Shown piece after piece: positions 51,245 to 61,743 of a stretch of 64,000 nucleotides of DNA. A program made the position numbers and the translations under genes. The stretch is from Myxococcales bacterium (GTDB lineage Bacteria; Myxococcota_A; Polyangia; Fen-1088): NCBI GenBank assembly GCA_043754455.1, contig JAYUUT010000110.1, positions 10,588 through 74,587 of the forward strand, read 5' to 3'. Positions within the stretch are counted from its first letter, which is position 1. Every line of letters starts with the position of its first letter. The notes beneath the pieces are model-generated. The model made no database searches. It saw nothing but the letters and a program-made list of their open reading frames with translations, and was not told the DNA's origin.

Positions 51245-51783
51245 AGCTCCTCGAAGACTAGGTTGTGATTTGTATACACGCAGATGTCGGCCGCAATGTT
51301 CAGGCTGCGTTCCACGATCTCACGCGCGGGTAACGTCGTCGCCGACAGCAGGGCCCGGGCCGCCGCCAGCGCAAACGATCCGCCCGATCCCACAGCGGCA
51401 ACGTCACCGTCGGGTTCGATCACATCGCCCGTGCCTGAGATCAATAAAATGCGTTCGTTGTCCGCCACCAACAACAGGGCCTCAAGCCGGCGCAACGCCC
51501 GATCCAGCCGCCAATCTTTGGCCAGTTCTACCGCCGCCCGCACCAAATTGCCGCCCGTGTCCTTTAGCTTGGCCTCGAATTTTTCAAACAGGGTCAGGCC
51601 ATCGGCTGCGGATCCGGCAAACCCTGCCACAAGGCGACCGTCGTGGAGCCTCCGCACCTTGCGCGCGGTGCCCTTGACCACGGTCTGGCCCATCGTCACC
51701 TGACCATCCGAACCAATGACGACCTTGCCATCGCGACGCACCACCAAAACTGTCGTCGCGTGAAACTGGGGTATTTCCATCAC
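51241..51783 (-). CDS. hslV: ATP-dependent protease subunit HslV
   Basis: '[24 protein letters not shown]' is the N-terminal Thr protease signature. Overlaps hslU by 4 nt. Confidence 0.95.
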   Translation of the reverse strand: MMEIPQFHATTVLVVRRDGKVVIGSDGQVTMGQTVVKGTARKVRRLHDGRLVAGFAGSAADGLTLFEKFEAKLKDTGGNLVRAAVELAKDWRLDRALRRLEALLLVADNERILLISGTGDVIEPDGDVAAVGSGGSFALAAARALLSATTLPAREIVERSLNIAADICVYTNHNLVFEEL

Positions 51784-51825
51784 TTCTGGATCTAGCCCGG
51801 TTGTTCGGGTGGTGCCACCAAACTG

Positions 51826-53148
51826 TCAACGCGCGGGACAACCGGGGGATGGTACCCCGTAGCCTGCTATCAACCGGTACATGGTGCCGCCGGGGGCCGG
51901 GCTTGTCGCGGGTGTCCAGGTCAGGCCGTCCATGCTGCGGAAAAAGGTTGAAGCGGTACGGTTCAGGCCGACCCAGGCGCCTCCAGGGGCGCGGACGACC
52001 GCATGCAGCCTGAGGCCGGTGGGCAATTTTCTTTCGGTCCAGGCCACGCCATTAGGACTGACCAGAACCCGTCCGCCGTCGGCCACCCAGAACTGGGTCC
52101 CATCGAAGGAGACTTTGCCGCTTAAAGATCCCTCGGTCGGAACCTGAGCTTCGGTCCAGGTTGCCATATCGGTGCTGGTGCACACTTCTCCCTTGTACCC
52201 GACAAAGACCAAACGCCCAGCCCCCAACGCCCCACCACCATCCTCGCCGACACCCAGAGCATGAAACGTGGAACAACCCGTCGCCAGTTTCCAGGTCTTG
52301 CCGCCATCGACACTGACGTGGGGCGGATTTTTCTCTAGGCCCGCCGGCTGGTTCGCCCCACCCGCCAGGACTATGCCCGGCGAGGGCCCATTGCCGACCA
52401 CCTCGCGAACGTGTTCTGAACGGATCATTGAGTTATTAAACTTGCCAACGGGTTTCCATTTCAACCCATCAAAATCAGATGCGTAGGTCACCCCTGTGTA
52501 GTGAACCATCGTGAAACCCTCACCGTTGAAAGTGACGCCGCCACATTCAGACATACCCGGCAGGCCCACGTCCTTCATCACCAGACGTTGCCAGGTGACG
52601 CCGTCGGTGCTGCGCATGAACGAGCACTGGGCGCCCCATCCCACGATGCGCATAAAAACCCCATGACCAAAGGCCAGTCCTTTTTCGATCAGCTCGGCGG
52701 GATCGGCCACACCTGGAAAATCCTGTGCCTTCCAGGTCAGTCCCTCATCGCAAGACATGGCAGTCCTACCCTTGCTACCGGACGCCACCAGCAACGGCAC
52801 GGTGCCTGCCGGGCGCCCCGACGAGGCCGCGTCAGGAACAGTGAGGCCCCCCCCATCGATGGAACCACCCATCCCCGATCCGCCCGGCCCCGATTTTCCG
52901 CCCGCCCCCGGTGCGCCCCCCAGATTTCGATCCCCGCCGGTGCCAAATCCACCCGAACCTCCAACGCCGACATTCGGGTTGCCCCCAACACCCCCAGCCA
53001 CCCCCCCACCCCCCCGACCGCCGGGGGCCGTCGTGCCTCCCTGCGCCTCCATAGGGCCGCCTGTCCCCATGGGTCCTTCCTGGCCACCCGACCCGCTGGA
53101 ACAGGCCCCAAAAAATAGGATCAGCACCGAAGAACGAGGAAAATGCAT
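51826..53148 (-). CDS. Lipoprotein with a Gly-rich linker and a BNR/Asp-box repeat beta-propeller (sialidase- or Ycf48-like)
   Basis: Lipobox 'FFGACS'. Gly-rich linker. Multiple S/TxDxGxTW repeats (SCDEGLTWK, STDGVTWQ, VDGGKTWK, SMDGLTWT, and others). Confidence 0.65.
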   Translation of the reverse strand: MHFPRSSVLILFFGACSSGSGGQEGPMGTGGPMEAQGGTTAPGGRGGGGVAGGVGGNPNVGVGGSGGFGTGGDRNLGGAPGAGGKSGPGGSGMGGSIDGGGLTVPDAASSGRPAGTVPLLVASGSKGRTAMSCDEGLTWKAQDFPGVADPAELIEKGLAFGHGVFMRIVGWGAQCSFMRSTDGVTWQRLVMKDVGLPGMSECGGVTFNGEGFTMVHYTGVTYASDFDGLKWKPVGKFNNSMIRSEHVREVVGNGPSPGIVLAGGANQPAGLEKNPPHVSVDGGKTWKLATGCSTFHALGVGEDGGGALGAGRLVFVGYKGEVCTSTDMATWTEAQVPTEGSLSGKVSFDGTQFWVADGGRVLVSPNGVAWTERKLPTGLRLHAVVRAPGGAWVGLNRTASTFFRSMDGLTWTPATSPAPGGTMYRLIAGYGVPSPGCPAR

Positions 53149-53201
53149 CGATAGTCTCCCAGGACGAGTTTAACCCGGACCAAGTGTATAAGGGGTGGTC
53201 G

Positions 53202-54179
53202 TCAAGGCAAACCTGGTTTGGCCAGTCTGCGGGCCACGTCCCCCACCGGCCCCGGGCGACGGGCCAATTCGGCCCGCAACGCTGGGGCCTCGGGGCCGGG
53301 CATTCTGCCAAGGCATGGCAGCAGATCTATGACGTCCTCAGCAGGAACCACGTCTGCGACGACCGCCGCGCGCAGCGCCTTGCCCAGGGGTAGCGCCGTC
53401 CAAGGTTTTTTTTCGCGCAGCTCGCGGGTGCAGGCGGCGGCGGCCGCGGCCCCGGCAACTTGAGGAACCACATCATCAAAGGCGAGTGACGGAACGTCGG
53501 CACGCCGGCCGCCGATCCCGGTTAGGATCCAACCCGCGCGGCGGATCGCTGGGTCCAAATCTTTCCCCAATTCAGCCAACAGGGCCGGGCTGGCAGGACA
53601 GGTCGCCGCAGCTTCGCCTAGGGCCTCGATGGCAGCGGCCCGCACCCCCACGTCGGACGTCGCGGGCGTCGCGCGCTGGCGAAGGACGCGGCAGGCGTTA
53701 TTCACAACGTCCCAGGGCAATTCAAAATCGGCCAAGATCCCGTCCGGGCCTTGGCCAAGAAGCCGCCCCAGAATTGCCAAGGCCCGAGGCGCCAATTGGG
53801 GAAGACCTGCTGCCGGGGGCATGTCATCGGGAGTGGCCAACGGCCCTGTGGGCACGCCCGCGGCCACACGAGCCACGTCCTGCATCAACAAGACCCCCGC
53901 GGGCAGGGTCGAGGTCGCCTCAAGCGCGGCGCGGACCAGGTCGCTATCCGGGTCGCCCAGCGCCACCCCCAGCCGCGACGGACCCATGCGTGCCGCCAAA
54001 CGGGCCAGCTCTGAACGATCGGCGCGCGCGTGCGCGGCGATAAGGCTACGCATCGGTACCTCGTAAATCCCCAAACGTGCGTTCGGCACGGCCGGATCGG
54101 GCGCGGGCGCCGCGCGCGCGAAGGTCGCTGCAACCCAAAAAACTGACGAAATCCCTAGAATCCACTGCGACTTGGGCAT
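53202..54179 (-). CDS. Hypothetical secreted Ala/Leu-rich helical-repeat protein
   Basis: Signal peptide 'ILGISSVFWVAATFARA'. Repeated 'A(L/I)EALGE'-type helical segments reminiscent of HEAT/PBS repeats. No catalytic motif. Confidence 0.4.
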   Translation of the reverse strand: MPKSQWILGISSVFWVAATFARAAPAPDPAVPNARLGIYEVPMRSLIAAHARADRSELARLAARMGPSRLGVALGDPDSDLVRAALEATSTLPAGVLLMQDVARVAAGVPTGPLATPDDMPPAAGLPQLAPRALAILGRLLGQGPDGILADFELPWDVVNNACRVLRQRATPATSDVGVRAAAIEALGEAAATCPASPALLAELGKDLDPAIRRAGWILTGIGGRRADVPSLAFDDVVPQVAGAAAAAACTRELREKKPWTALPLGKALRAAVVADVVPAEDVIDLLPCLGRMPGPEAPALRAELARRPGPVGDVARRLAKPGLP

Positions 54180-54259
54180 GGTGTAGGACGATGGCAGGGT
54201 TACCCCGAAGGCTCAAGTTCCCAGGGTGACCGACGAAGGTTCAGGGTGAGGATGTTGTT

Positions 54260-55501
54260 GTGAGCGATACGCGTCATACTAGCAAAGGGCCGGTCCGGAT
54301 CATCACCGTGGGTGGGGGACGTGGGGTGGGTAAAAGCGCCGTGGTGGCCAATTTGGCCGTCACGCTGGCCCAAAGCGGACGCCAGGTTGTGGTGGTCGAT
54401 CTGGACCCCCTCGCGCCGCGCCAGCATCAGCTTTTGGGCGTCGCAGACCTCGATTCGTCGTCCGTGGTTCCGGGGGCCGCCTTGTCGGCACTTTTAGCCC
54501 CAGGCGGGGCGACAGCCCTGGTCGCGACAAAGGCACCAGGGGTGCGGCTGCTGCTGGGCCAAGGTGCCGCGCGGGTTGGCCTTGCACCCGGCGAATCACT
54601 TCGGGCCCTGCGGGCGCTGCAGACCTTGCCGGGCGATGTGCTGATCATCGATGTCGGGGCGGGCGGTGAAGCTGGGATACTGGATGTCCTACAGTTGGGG
54701 GCCCATCGGGTGATCGTGACCACACCGCAGGTCGCATCGATGCATGAATCATTTGGGCTGTTGCGGGCGGCCTTAGGGCGGCTTCTGCGTGCACAATTGG
54801 GGGCGACCCCGACGCGGCTTCTTGATCCCCCCGCGGCCATGCCCGAGGGCGAGAAGGCTGTCGATAGGGACGTGCGGATCAGAGACCTTGATCCCAACCT
54901 CGCGGCCCGGATACGCGACATCCAGTCCAGTTTTGGGGCCTGCGTGGTTGGCAATTTGGTGCAGGAGCCGGGCCAGGTGGGGATCTTTCACGCGCTGGGC
55001 AGGATGATGAACGAGTACCTAGGGCTAGAGGCGCCCATCCTGGGATGGCTGCCCATCAGCGCGAAAGTGGCTGAGGCCTGCCGCGAGGGAAGCCCGTCTG
55101 TGTTGCGGCCAAGCCAAGCGCAAAGCGATGAAGCCCGTGCGCTGCGCACCATGGCCGAAGTCCTGATGGACGCGCCGATAGCGCCGGTCGAGGCCTGGTT
55201 GCGTGCAGCAATCCCAGAGCCCGCCGTCACGCCTTTGGATCCTGATACATCGTTGGCCTCAGGGCGGGTCGGGCCCCCGCCCGTTCCGCGAACCTCGCCA
55301 GAACGCACAACCGTGCCTATCAAAATGGTTTCCCCGACACCGGCACCTTCCCATCCCGTGGCGACGCCCAACAAAACGCGGGTGTACAAACGTCCTTCCC
55401 ACAAAAGAGTTGCGAACGACAACCCCGAAGCCGCAGCGATCCCGGGCGGCCGGCGCCGCATGGCCCTTCCCGGCATGCCCCCAGGACGTTCCAGCGGCTA
55501 G
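54260..55501 (+). CDS. ParA/MinD-family P-loop ATPase with a Pro-rich C-terminal tail
   Basis: GTG start. Deviant Walker A 'TVGGGRGVGKSAVVANLA'. 'VVVVDLD' Walker A' / switch region. 'VLIIDVGAG'. About 130 aa of C-terminal Pro-rich, low-complexity tail. Confidence 0.7.
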   Translation: MSDTRHTSKGPVRIITVGGGRGVGKSAVVANLAVTLAQSGRQVVVVDLDPLAPRQHQLLGVADLDSSSVVPGAALSALLAPGGATALVATKAPGVRLLLGQGAARVGLAPGESLRALRALQTLPGDVLIIDVGAGGEAGILDVLQLGAHRVIVTTPQVASMHESFGLLRAALGRLLRAQLGATPTRLLDPPAAMPEGEKAVDRDVRIRDLDPNLAARIRDIQSSFGACVVGNLVQEPGQVGIFHALGRMMNEYLGLEAPILGWLPISAKVAEACREGSPSVLRPSQAQSDEARALRTMAEVLMDAPIAPVEAWLRAAIPEPAVTPLDPDTSLASGRVGPPPVPRTSPERTTVPIKMVSPTPAPSHPVATPNKTRVYKRPSHKRVANDNPEAAAIPGGRRRMALPGMPPGRSSG

Positions 55502-55553
55502 CCAGGGGCCCGTGCAAAAGACCGTGGTATGAACCCGCCCCCGAGGTTTAACC

Positions 55554-57011
55554 ATGTCTGTCCGTGTTCGCATCGCACCGTCTCCAACCGGCGATCCCCA
55601 CGTCGGCACCGCGTATATCGCCCTGTTCAATTATGCGTTCGCCAAGAAACACGGCGGCCAGTTCCTTTTGCGTATCGAAGACACCGATCGCACACGATCG
55701 ACGCCGGAATCTGAAGCCGCGATCCTAAGCGCGCTGCGCTGGGTGGGCCTGAAATGGGACGAAGGCCCGGACATTGGCGGTCCGTGCGGACCCTATCGGC
55801 AATCGGAACGGGCTGATATCTACAAGGCCGAAGTGGGCAAACTTGTGGAATCAGGCGCGGCCTATCGATGTTTTTGTACCGCTGACCGCCTAGACGCCCT
55901 GCGCGCCGATCAGCGTCGTCAGGGTTTGTTCGTCGGATACGACGGGTTGTGCCGAACCTGTTCGCGCGAAGAATCCGATCAACGTGCCGCCACAGAGCCC
56001 TTCGTCATCCGCATGGCCATGCCCCGCACCGGCACCACGGTCATCACCGACAAACTGCGCGGCGACGTCACGTTCGAGAACACCCAGATCGACGATCAGG
56101 TCCTGATCAAGACGGACGGCTTCCCCACATATCATCTAGCCAACGTGGTCGATGATCACCTGATGGGCATCACGCACGTCATTCGCGCCGAAGAATGGCT
56201 CACCTCGACGCCCAAACATGTGGTGCTGTACCAGGCCTTTGGATGGCAAGTGCCAGAATTCATCCACATGCCGCTGCTGCGAAATGCGGACAAATCCAAG
56301 ATCTCGAAACGAAAAAATCCGGTGTCACTGGACTACTATCGCGCCTCGGGGTTCCTGCCCGAAGCGTTGGTGAATTACCTGGGCACCATGGGATGGAGCA
56401 TTTCTGGCGACCGCGAAAAATTCGATCTGGCCGAAATGATCGAAAAATTCACATGGGATCGCGTCAGCCTGGGTGGCCCGGTATTCGATCTGGTGAAACT
56501 GTCGGCCATGAACGCCGATTATCTGCGTGCCTTGCCCGATGCGGCAGTCGTCGAACGCCTGCGCACCTGGCGTTTTTCCGATGATTTTCTGAAGTCCCTG
56601 GTGCCCCTTGTCCGCGAACGGATTCAGCGCCTCGATGAATTTGTTCCCATGACCGAATTTTTCTTTGCGGGCGACGTTGATCACGCAGCCGTTGCCAAAG
56701 ATCTGCTGCCCAAAGGCCGCACCCCCAAAGAAACCGCTGACATTCTGGAAAAACTGATTGAAACGCTGGACAGTCACCGGGACTGGACCGCCGCGGGGTT
56801 GGAAGCCGGTTTTCGTGGGTTCTGCGAGAAAACCGGGTATTCGACCAAAGAAGTCTTCATGCTGACCCGCCTAGGTGCCACCGCACGCAAGGCCACCCCG
56901 CCCCTGTTCGAAACCGTTTCCGTGCTTGGCAAGGATCTGGTGCGTCGGCGCCTACGCCTTGCGATGGAGTTCGTGAAAAAACTGCCCGAGCCGCCAAAGC
57001 CCGGCGCGTAG
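55554..57011 (+). CDS. gltX: Glutamate--tRNA ligase
   Basis: '[16 protein letters not shown]' (HIGH motif), 'KISKRK' (KMSKS variant) and the anticodon-binding C-terminus. Confidence 0.95.
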   Translation: MSVRVRIAPSPTGDPHVGTAYIALFNYAFAKKHGGQFLLRIEDTDRTRSTPESEAAILSALRWVGLKWDEGPDIGGPCGPYRQSERADIYKAEVGKLVESGAAYRCFCTADRLDALRADQRRQGLFVGYDGLCRTCSREESDQRAATEPFVIRMAMPRTGTTVITDKLRGDVTFENTQIDDQVLIKTDGFPTYHLANVVDDHLMGITHVIRAEEWLTSTPKHVVLYQAFGWQVPEFIHMPLLRNADKSKISKRKNPVSLDYYRASGFLPEALVNYLGTMGWSISGDREKFDLAEMIEKFTWDRVSLGGPVFDLVKLSAMNADYLRALPDAAVVERLRTWRFSDDFLKSLVPLVRERIQRLDEFVPMTEFFFAGDVDHAAVAKDLLPKGRTPKETADILEKLIETLDSHRDWTAAGLEAGFRGFCEKTGYSTKEVFMLTRLGATARKATPPLFETVSVLGKDLVRRRLRLAMEFVKKLPEPPKPGA

Positions 57012-57269
57012 TCAGATCACAGGCACCTGCGCACCATAGCCGCACTGCTGGTTGGGGCACCACGATGAGGGGAACCACCGCAGCATCACGGGCGACCAAG
57101 GAGGACTAGGTACACGGGTACGTCCGCGAGATCCATGACCCGGCGTGCTCGCTGCCTTTCACCCCTGCGTCTCGGCCAGGCTGGTCGGCTACAAACGCCG
57201 TCGACCCAAGGAAACGTTGTTGTACCGGACGGTCCAGCAGCACTTCGGACCGTTCGAGGCCGCGGTGCC
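56996..57269. repeat. Repeat copy A: a degraded remnant of a gene 3' end (minus strand) plus a shared ~150-nt leader, immediately after the gltX stop
   Basis: It shares 'gcgcaccatagcc', 'ctgctggttgggg', 'cacgatgaggggaaccacc.cagcatc.cgggcgaccaaggagga' and a ~150-nt block ('ggtacacgggtacgtccgcga ... cacttcggac.gttcgaggccg.ggtgc') with copy B at 61009-61535. Internal deletions are present relative to B and C. Confidence 0.75.
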
Positions 57270-57476
57270 CACGACGTGGGCGGCGCGAATTTTACGCAAG
57301 ACATAGGCATTATCGGTCTTGGCGCAACCGGACAAAACTGTTCGAATTACCTATGCTCTGGCCCGGCATCTCAGCTGCCACCCCGATATCTGTACCTCGA
57401 ACCCCAACGCAAACCCTTCCCACCGCGGCGTCGGACGTGGAATATTCCGACGGCGGCTCGTTGCGAAGGGGCACCC

Positions 57477-60400
57477 ATGGACGGAAAGAACATCGTGGTC
57501 GTCGTAGTGGTGGGACTGGCGGCCATGGGGGCCAAAACGACTTGGCATCACGCCACGGCAACAGCCGCAAGCTCACCAACCGTGGCGCCGTTGGACCCTC
57601 CACCTGCCTCAGCCCTGACCAAGCCCTCTTCCGAGGCGGGTTCGTCGGCCACCCTTGACCCAGGTGGGTCTGCGGCTGCTGCGACCGGCAAGGGTTATAG
57701 GTGCGCGGAGAGCCTGGAGTGTCAGCTCGAAGCATCCTTCCCCGGCGCCTTTGCGAAGCCCTCGGAATCCTCAACGATCCGGCCCGATCGGCTGAAATAT
57801 CCCTTGAACGTGGTTCTCGTGACCTTGCCGAATCCCGCATCATCAGGTTTCCCAGCGGAATTCGATCGTGGCGTGGAGGCTATCCTCCGCGCGGCGCAAA
57901 GCCAACGTTATGTCGTTCACCAGCGTTTCTTCCCCTGGGATGCGGCGGTGACACCGGAATCTGCGGCAAAATCAGGCTGGTTGCTCATGCGCCGCGATGG
58001 CAAGACAGTAGATGTAGAGCTTCTGCTGTTTTTAATTGTAGGCGAGCACCTAGGCAGCGGCGTTGATGAGGCGGCCCTTAACCATGCGCTCGATAGCTTC
58101 AAACAGATCGTCCAGCGCGGACACAGCGCCCCCGCTGTTCGACCCCTGTTGCTGCTCGGCCCGTACTTCTCGGGCACCGCCGTCTCTTTAAAGGAACAGC
58201 TGCGATCGTGGTGCCTGGAATCGCAGTTCTGCGCGTCGCGCGACCTCTTCTCAGTCTCCGGAAGCGCCACGCGGCGTCAGACCCAAGGCATACTTGCAGA
58301 CTTGGCGGAATCGTTTAAGACCAGCACGTTTCATGCGACGGTTCTACCGGACGATCTCCTGGTGGCCGGCATGCACCGCTTTTTAAGCGAACGACTGGAC
58401 GTTCCTGACAGCAAAGTAGCTGAGCTCACTGAAGCCAGCACTGACTACGGCAACGCCGTGGCCTCTTCGGAAGTCGTACCCAGAGGCGCGCGTGCGTTTA
58501 ACAAGGGAATCAAGATCCCGTTTCCCTTTCACATAGGCGTGCTTAGAGGCAACGGTGAAAAAGGAAGCCGCGCACCCGTCAATCCCGATTTTCCGAAACC
58601 TTTCGACTCTCTGGCGGCGGCCAAGACACGCCTGCTCTTGGAAAACACATTTTCCGCACTGTCTCGTCACGGCGTCCGTCACGTGGGCGTTCTGGCAACG
58701 TCCACCCAAGATAAGATTTTTCTGGTCACGGAGCTGCGTCGATCCGCCCCGGATCTCCGAATTCATTTGTACGAAAGCAGCGTTGACCTTGCCGACCGCG
58801 ATCTGCGTGAGGCCCTCGAAGGCACAGTCGTGGCATCGTCCTACCCTTTATTCCCCTCAACACAATTGTGGGCCGACGATTCCGGCGGCGCCCTTCAACA
58901 GTTCCCCACCGATGGTGCCGAGGGCGTGTTCAACGCCACGCTCGTTTTGATTGCAAGGTTTGACACCACCTTGGCCCCAACCCTCACGACACGGATGCTC
59001 GACTATGTGTCGCCCTTTTGTCCGGCGCCTGTTTTGGGACCATCGGCCTGGATCAGTGTCGTCATTGCGGGGCGGCTTTGGCCGCTTGCTGTCTATCCCT
59101 CCAGTCTTAGTCCGAAGCTGCAAAACCCGCCTTGCACAACCACCACGCCCGATCCCTACGTTTTTGCGGATCTCTCCAACTCCGGCGGCCTCCGCGTGCC
59201 CCGCCCGCGTATCCAGTCGGGCTTCATGGCTTTGCTGGGGTTGCTTGCGGTATTTCTGTTGTCCCTGGGCAACCTAGCAGCTCTGATCGCCCGATTCTCC
59301 TGGATGCGCGGTGCCTTCTTCTTTGTCACCTACCGCATGCAGCCCTCGCTGCAAAAGAGCCAGCCAATGTCGCATTTCGCCCTGGATGCGAAGGAACCGC
59401 AGCACCGCGTGGCCTTGCTGGGACTGTGGTCACTGGCAATCACGGCGGTGGTCATGGCGAAGATTTTTGGCTTGCCTCATCAGCTTGTGGGAATCGAGGT
59501 ATTGGACCCAGGTCCTCTGCAGCAAGCGGCAGATATTCTGAACTGTCTGGTTCTTGCCGTGGCCGTTGCAATGGTTGTCGCGGGCCTGCTGGCCACTGCC
59601 GCAGGTTTGTGGGGACGATCCCCGTGGCAATCCAGCACAGGGGCCCTCTGGCGCAGCGGATCGGTGTGGACTCAGCTGATTCTTTGCCTGTTCATGGTCG
59701 CCGCGATCTTCCTCCTGCCCCCCACACGCATTGTCGAGCAGCCCGACGGCCACGCATACTTCTTCTATTTGCGGTCCATGGATCCGGGCGTCGGACTGAC
59801 GCCGACACTCCCCCTTTTCATGGTGGGGGCAGCGACCTATATGGCATGTCTTTTGCGCCTGCTGGTCATCCGACGCGCCACCGCGTTGAAAGAACAGGCC
59901 CAGCACTGGTCGGCTGATTCTTTCACGCACTGTCGCAAGGCCATGGAGAACTTCGCGGAGGATGCTTCAGGTTCTTTGCTGCAAATTTGTCTGATAGGCG
60001 GGTTCTTGGGCCTTGCCGTCCTGTTTTTCAGTCCGCTTCAGTTGGGCAGTCTTGAGGGCCGTGGATTTGATGCTGGGACCAGCGCCTGCTTTGGCCTGGC
60101 CTTCGCTTTGACATTAGCCGCAGCCTGGCGGGCGTTCTCGCTGTGGCAAAAACTGAGGGACTTCACCCGTGCGCTCGCTCTGCATCCCGCGCAGGCGGCG
60201 CTTAAGCGGCTGCCTATGTCTGTCGCTCAAACTTTTCGTTCGCCGGTGCCGGGTCAAATTGGCCGCCGTCACATCGAGGTTGCCTTACATATGAAACAGC
60301 GACAATTGGGCTTGTCGGCTTTGCCAGCGTTGGCTGACCTTCTCCCGCGTTTGGACCGGCGCTGGTTTCCGTCCGCTGAAGAGACATCCCCAGATAACCC

Positions 60401-60878
60401 ATCTTCATCACCCTTCGGCCCGCCAGCGCCCCAGCGGACCGCGGCCATGCAGCCTCTTAACGACGTTGAGATCCTGGAGGAAGACTTCCTGGCCCTGCGC
60501 ATGGCCGAGGTACTGGGTTTAATGTGCGATTCAACGCGCACGATGGTCTTGATCGCAACGGTGTCGGGTTTGGCAACGTTGCTGGCAACGGCGCTCTATC
60601 CCTTTCAGCCGGCCGCAACGCTGACCGCGGCGGGCTTGGTATCGGTGGGCTTGGTCGTGGCGGTTGCCTTGCGCGTCCTCCTGGGCATTGAACGCGACGA
60701 AGTCCTAAGCGCCATCGCCAAGACAGAAGCAGGTAAGATTACCCCCACCTTGGGCCTAACCACCCGCCTTGCAGGCTACGTCCTTTTGCCTTTGGCGGGG
60801 CTGATTGGAACGCGACTCCAACGGGCTGGCGCCCTGATTGACTTCATCAAGGAGCTGACCAAGACGTTAGAACGATAA
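57477..60878 (+). CDS. Large membrane protein: N-terminal signal-anchor, periplasmic-binding-protein type-I (Venus-flytrap-like) domain, then a 7-TM block, a cytoplasmic loop and 3 further TM helices. No recognisable output domain.
   Basis: Start set at the ATG at 57477 (MDGKNIVVVVVVGLAAMGA...), because upstream codons of the track ORF lie in the repeat leader. Alternating beta-alpha segments ('NVVLVTLPNPASSGF', 'RPLLLLGPYFSGTAV', 'RHVGVLATSTQDKIFLV') resemble PBP-I / ANF-receptor ligand-binding lobes. There are at least 10 hydrophobic helices from 'GFMALLGLLAVFLLSL' onward. Confidence 0.6.
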   Translation: MDGKNIVVVVVVGLAAMGAKTTWHHATATAASSPTVAPLDPPPASALTKPSSEAGSSATLDPGGSAAAATGKGYRCAESLECQLEASFPGAFAKPSESSTIRPDRLKYPLNVVLVTLPNPASSGFPAEFDRGVEAILRAAQSQRYVVHQRFFPWDAAVTPESAAKSGWLLMRRDGKTVDVELLLFLIVGEHLGSGVDEAALNHALDSFKQIVQRGHSAPAVRPLLLLGPYFSGTAVSLKEQLRSWCLESQFCASRDLFSVSGSATRRQTQGILADLAESFKTSTFHATVLPDDLLVAGMHRFLSERLDVPDSKVAELTEASTDYGNAVASSEVVPRGARAFNKGIKIPFPFHIGVLRGNGEKGSRAPVNPDFPKPFDSLAAAKTRLLLENTFSALSRHGVRHVGVLATSTQDKIFLVTELRRSAPDLRIHLYESSVDLADRDLREALEGTVVASSYPLFPSTQLWADDSGGALQQFPTDGAEGVFNATLVLIARFDTTLAPTLTTRMLDYVSPFCPAPVLGPSAWISVVIAGRLWPLAVYPSSLSPKLQNPPCTTTTPDPYVFADLSNSGGLRVPRPRIQSGFMALLGLLAVFLLSLGNLAALIARFSWMRGAFFFVTYRMQPSLQKSQPMSHFALDAKEPQHRVALLGLWSLAITAVVMAKIFGLPHQLVGIEVLDPGPLQQAADILNCLVLAVAVAMVVAGLLATAAGLWGRSPWQSSTGALWRSGSVWTQLILCLFMVAAIFLLPPTRIVEQPDGHAYFFYLRSMDPGVGLTPTLPLFMVGAATYMACLLRLLVIRRATALKEQAQHWSADSFTHCRKAMENFAEDASGSLLQICLIGGFLGLAVLFFSPLQLGSLEGRGFDAGTSACFGLAFALTLAAAWRAFSLWQKLRDFTRALALHPAQAALKRLPMSVAQTFRSPVPGQIGRRHIEVALHMKQRQLGLSALPALADLLPRLDRRWFPSAEETSPDNPSSSPFGPPAPQRTAAMQPLNDVEILEEDFLALRMAEVLGLMCDSTRTMVLIATVSGLATLLATALYPFQPAATLTAAGLVSVGLVVAVALRVLLGIERDEVLSAIAKTEAGKITPTLGLTTRLAGYVLLPLAGLIGTRLQRAGALIDFIKELTKTLER

Positions 60879-61008
60879 GCGCCCAAAGAGAGCCCTCTGA
60901 TGTTGCCGTTAGTTTACCAGCCGCTATCTCCGTCATCCACCTCGCCACATGCCCGTCGGTGGGGGTGAATCCGCGCACGCGGCCTTCCGGGCCGAAGGCG
61001 GGCAGACC

Positions 61009-61535
61009 CATCGCTGCCCGGCGCGTAGTCGGTTCACAGCAACCCGCGCACCATAGCCAGCAGATCTTCGGCAGCGTCGTCGGCCTGCTGGTTGGGGGTC
61101 AGCACCTGAACCGTGTCCTCGACAAGATCCACAAGTGCCACCACCGCAACAACCCCATGAGCTTCCCGCAACGACGCGCGTACGTGCCCCTGCGCGCGCG
61201 TCGAGAAGCCCTGGGGCGCCACGATGAGGGGAACCACCACAGCATCCCGGGCGACCAAGGAGGACCCCATTGAGAAGGCGGTGGAATTTCGGTCCTTAGG
61301 CTTCAGGTACACGGGTACGTCCGCGAACATCGTCGTCACGAAGTGGCCAGGTCGCTGCCGTTGTGCAGATGAAAAGGGCAGCTTGAGTAGCGAAGGAACA
61401 ATGACCCGGGGTGCTCGCTGCCCTTCACCCCTGCTTCTCGGCCACACTGGTCGGCCACGAACGCCGTCGACCCGAGGAAACGTTGTTGTACCGCACGGTC
61501 CAGCAGCACTTCGGACGGTTCGAGGCCGAGGTGCG
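61009..61535. repeat. Repeat copy B: a partially decayed copy of the same gene 3' end (minus-strand ORF ending ...LAMVRGLL*) plus the shared leader, upstream of the GH32 gene
   Basis: It begins with 'gcccggcgcgtag', identical to the last 13 nt of gltX. About 250 nt are near-identical to copy C (63301-63550), then ~280 nt are shared only with copy A. Confidence 0.75.
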
Positions 61536-61743
61536 AGATGCCACCCCCGGTGACGGCCTTCCGTCCTTCATTCGCGCCGCATGAACGAGACCCCGGCGCA
61601 TCTGGTGAACGACGTGCTGCCCCACATGCCCGTGCGCCCGTGGGTGCCGATGATTGCGCCAACCCCCGCAGATCAGTTTTACGGCGTCGCTGTTCGAACG
61701 AGAAGATATTTCACCGCCCCCCCAGGGCGTGCAACAGTCCACC

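Noticed and set aside
57135-57476. N-terminal 114-codon extension of the big membrane-protein ORF (MTRRARCLSPL...)
   Set aside because: This stretch lies in the repeat A/B leader. The homologous stretch upstream of GH32 is not in frame with GH32. Most A/B substitutions would be non-synonymous. The ATG at 57477 gives a proper signal-anchor start.
61224-61553. 109-aa plus-strand ORF inside repeat copy B
   Set aside because: It has the same sequence as the rejected extension above. It is not conserved as coding between the copies and is treated as part of a non-coding leader.
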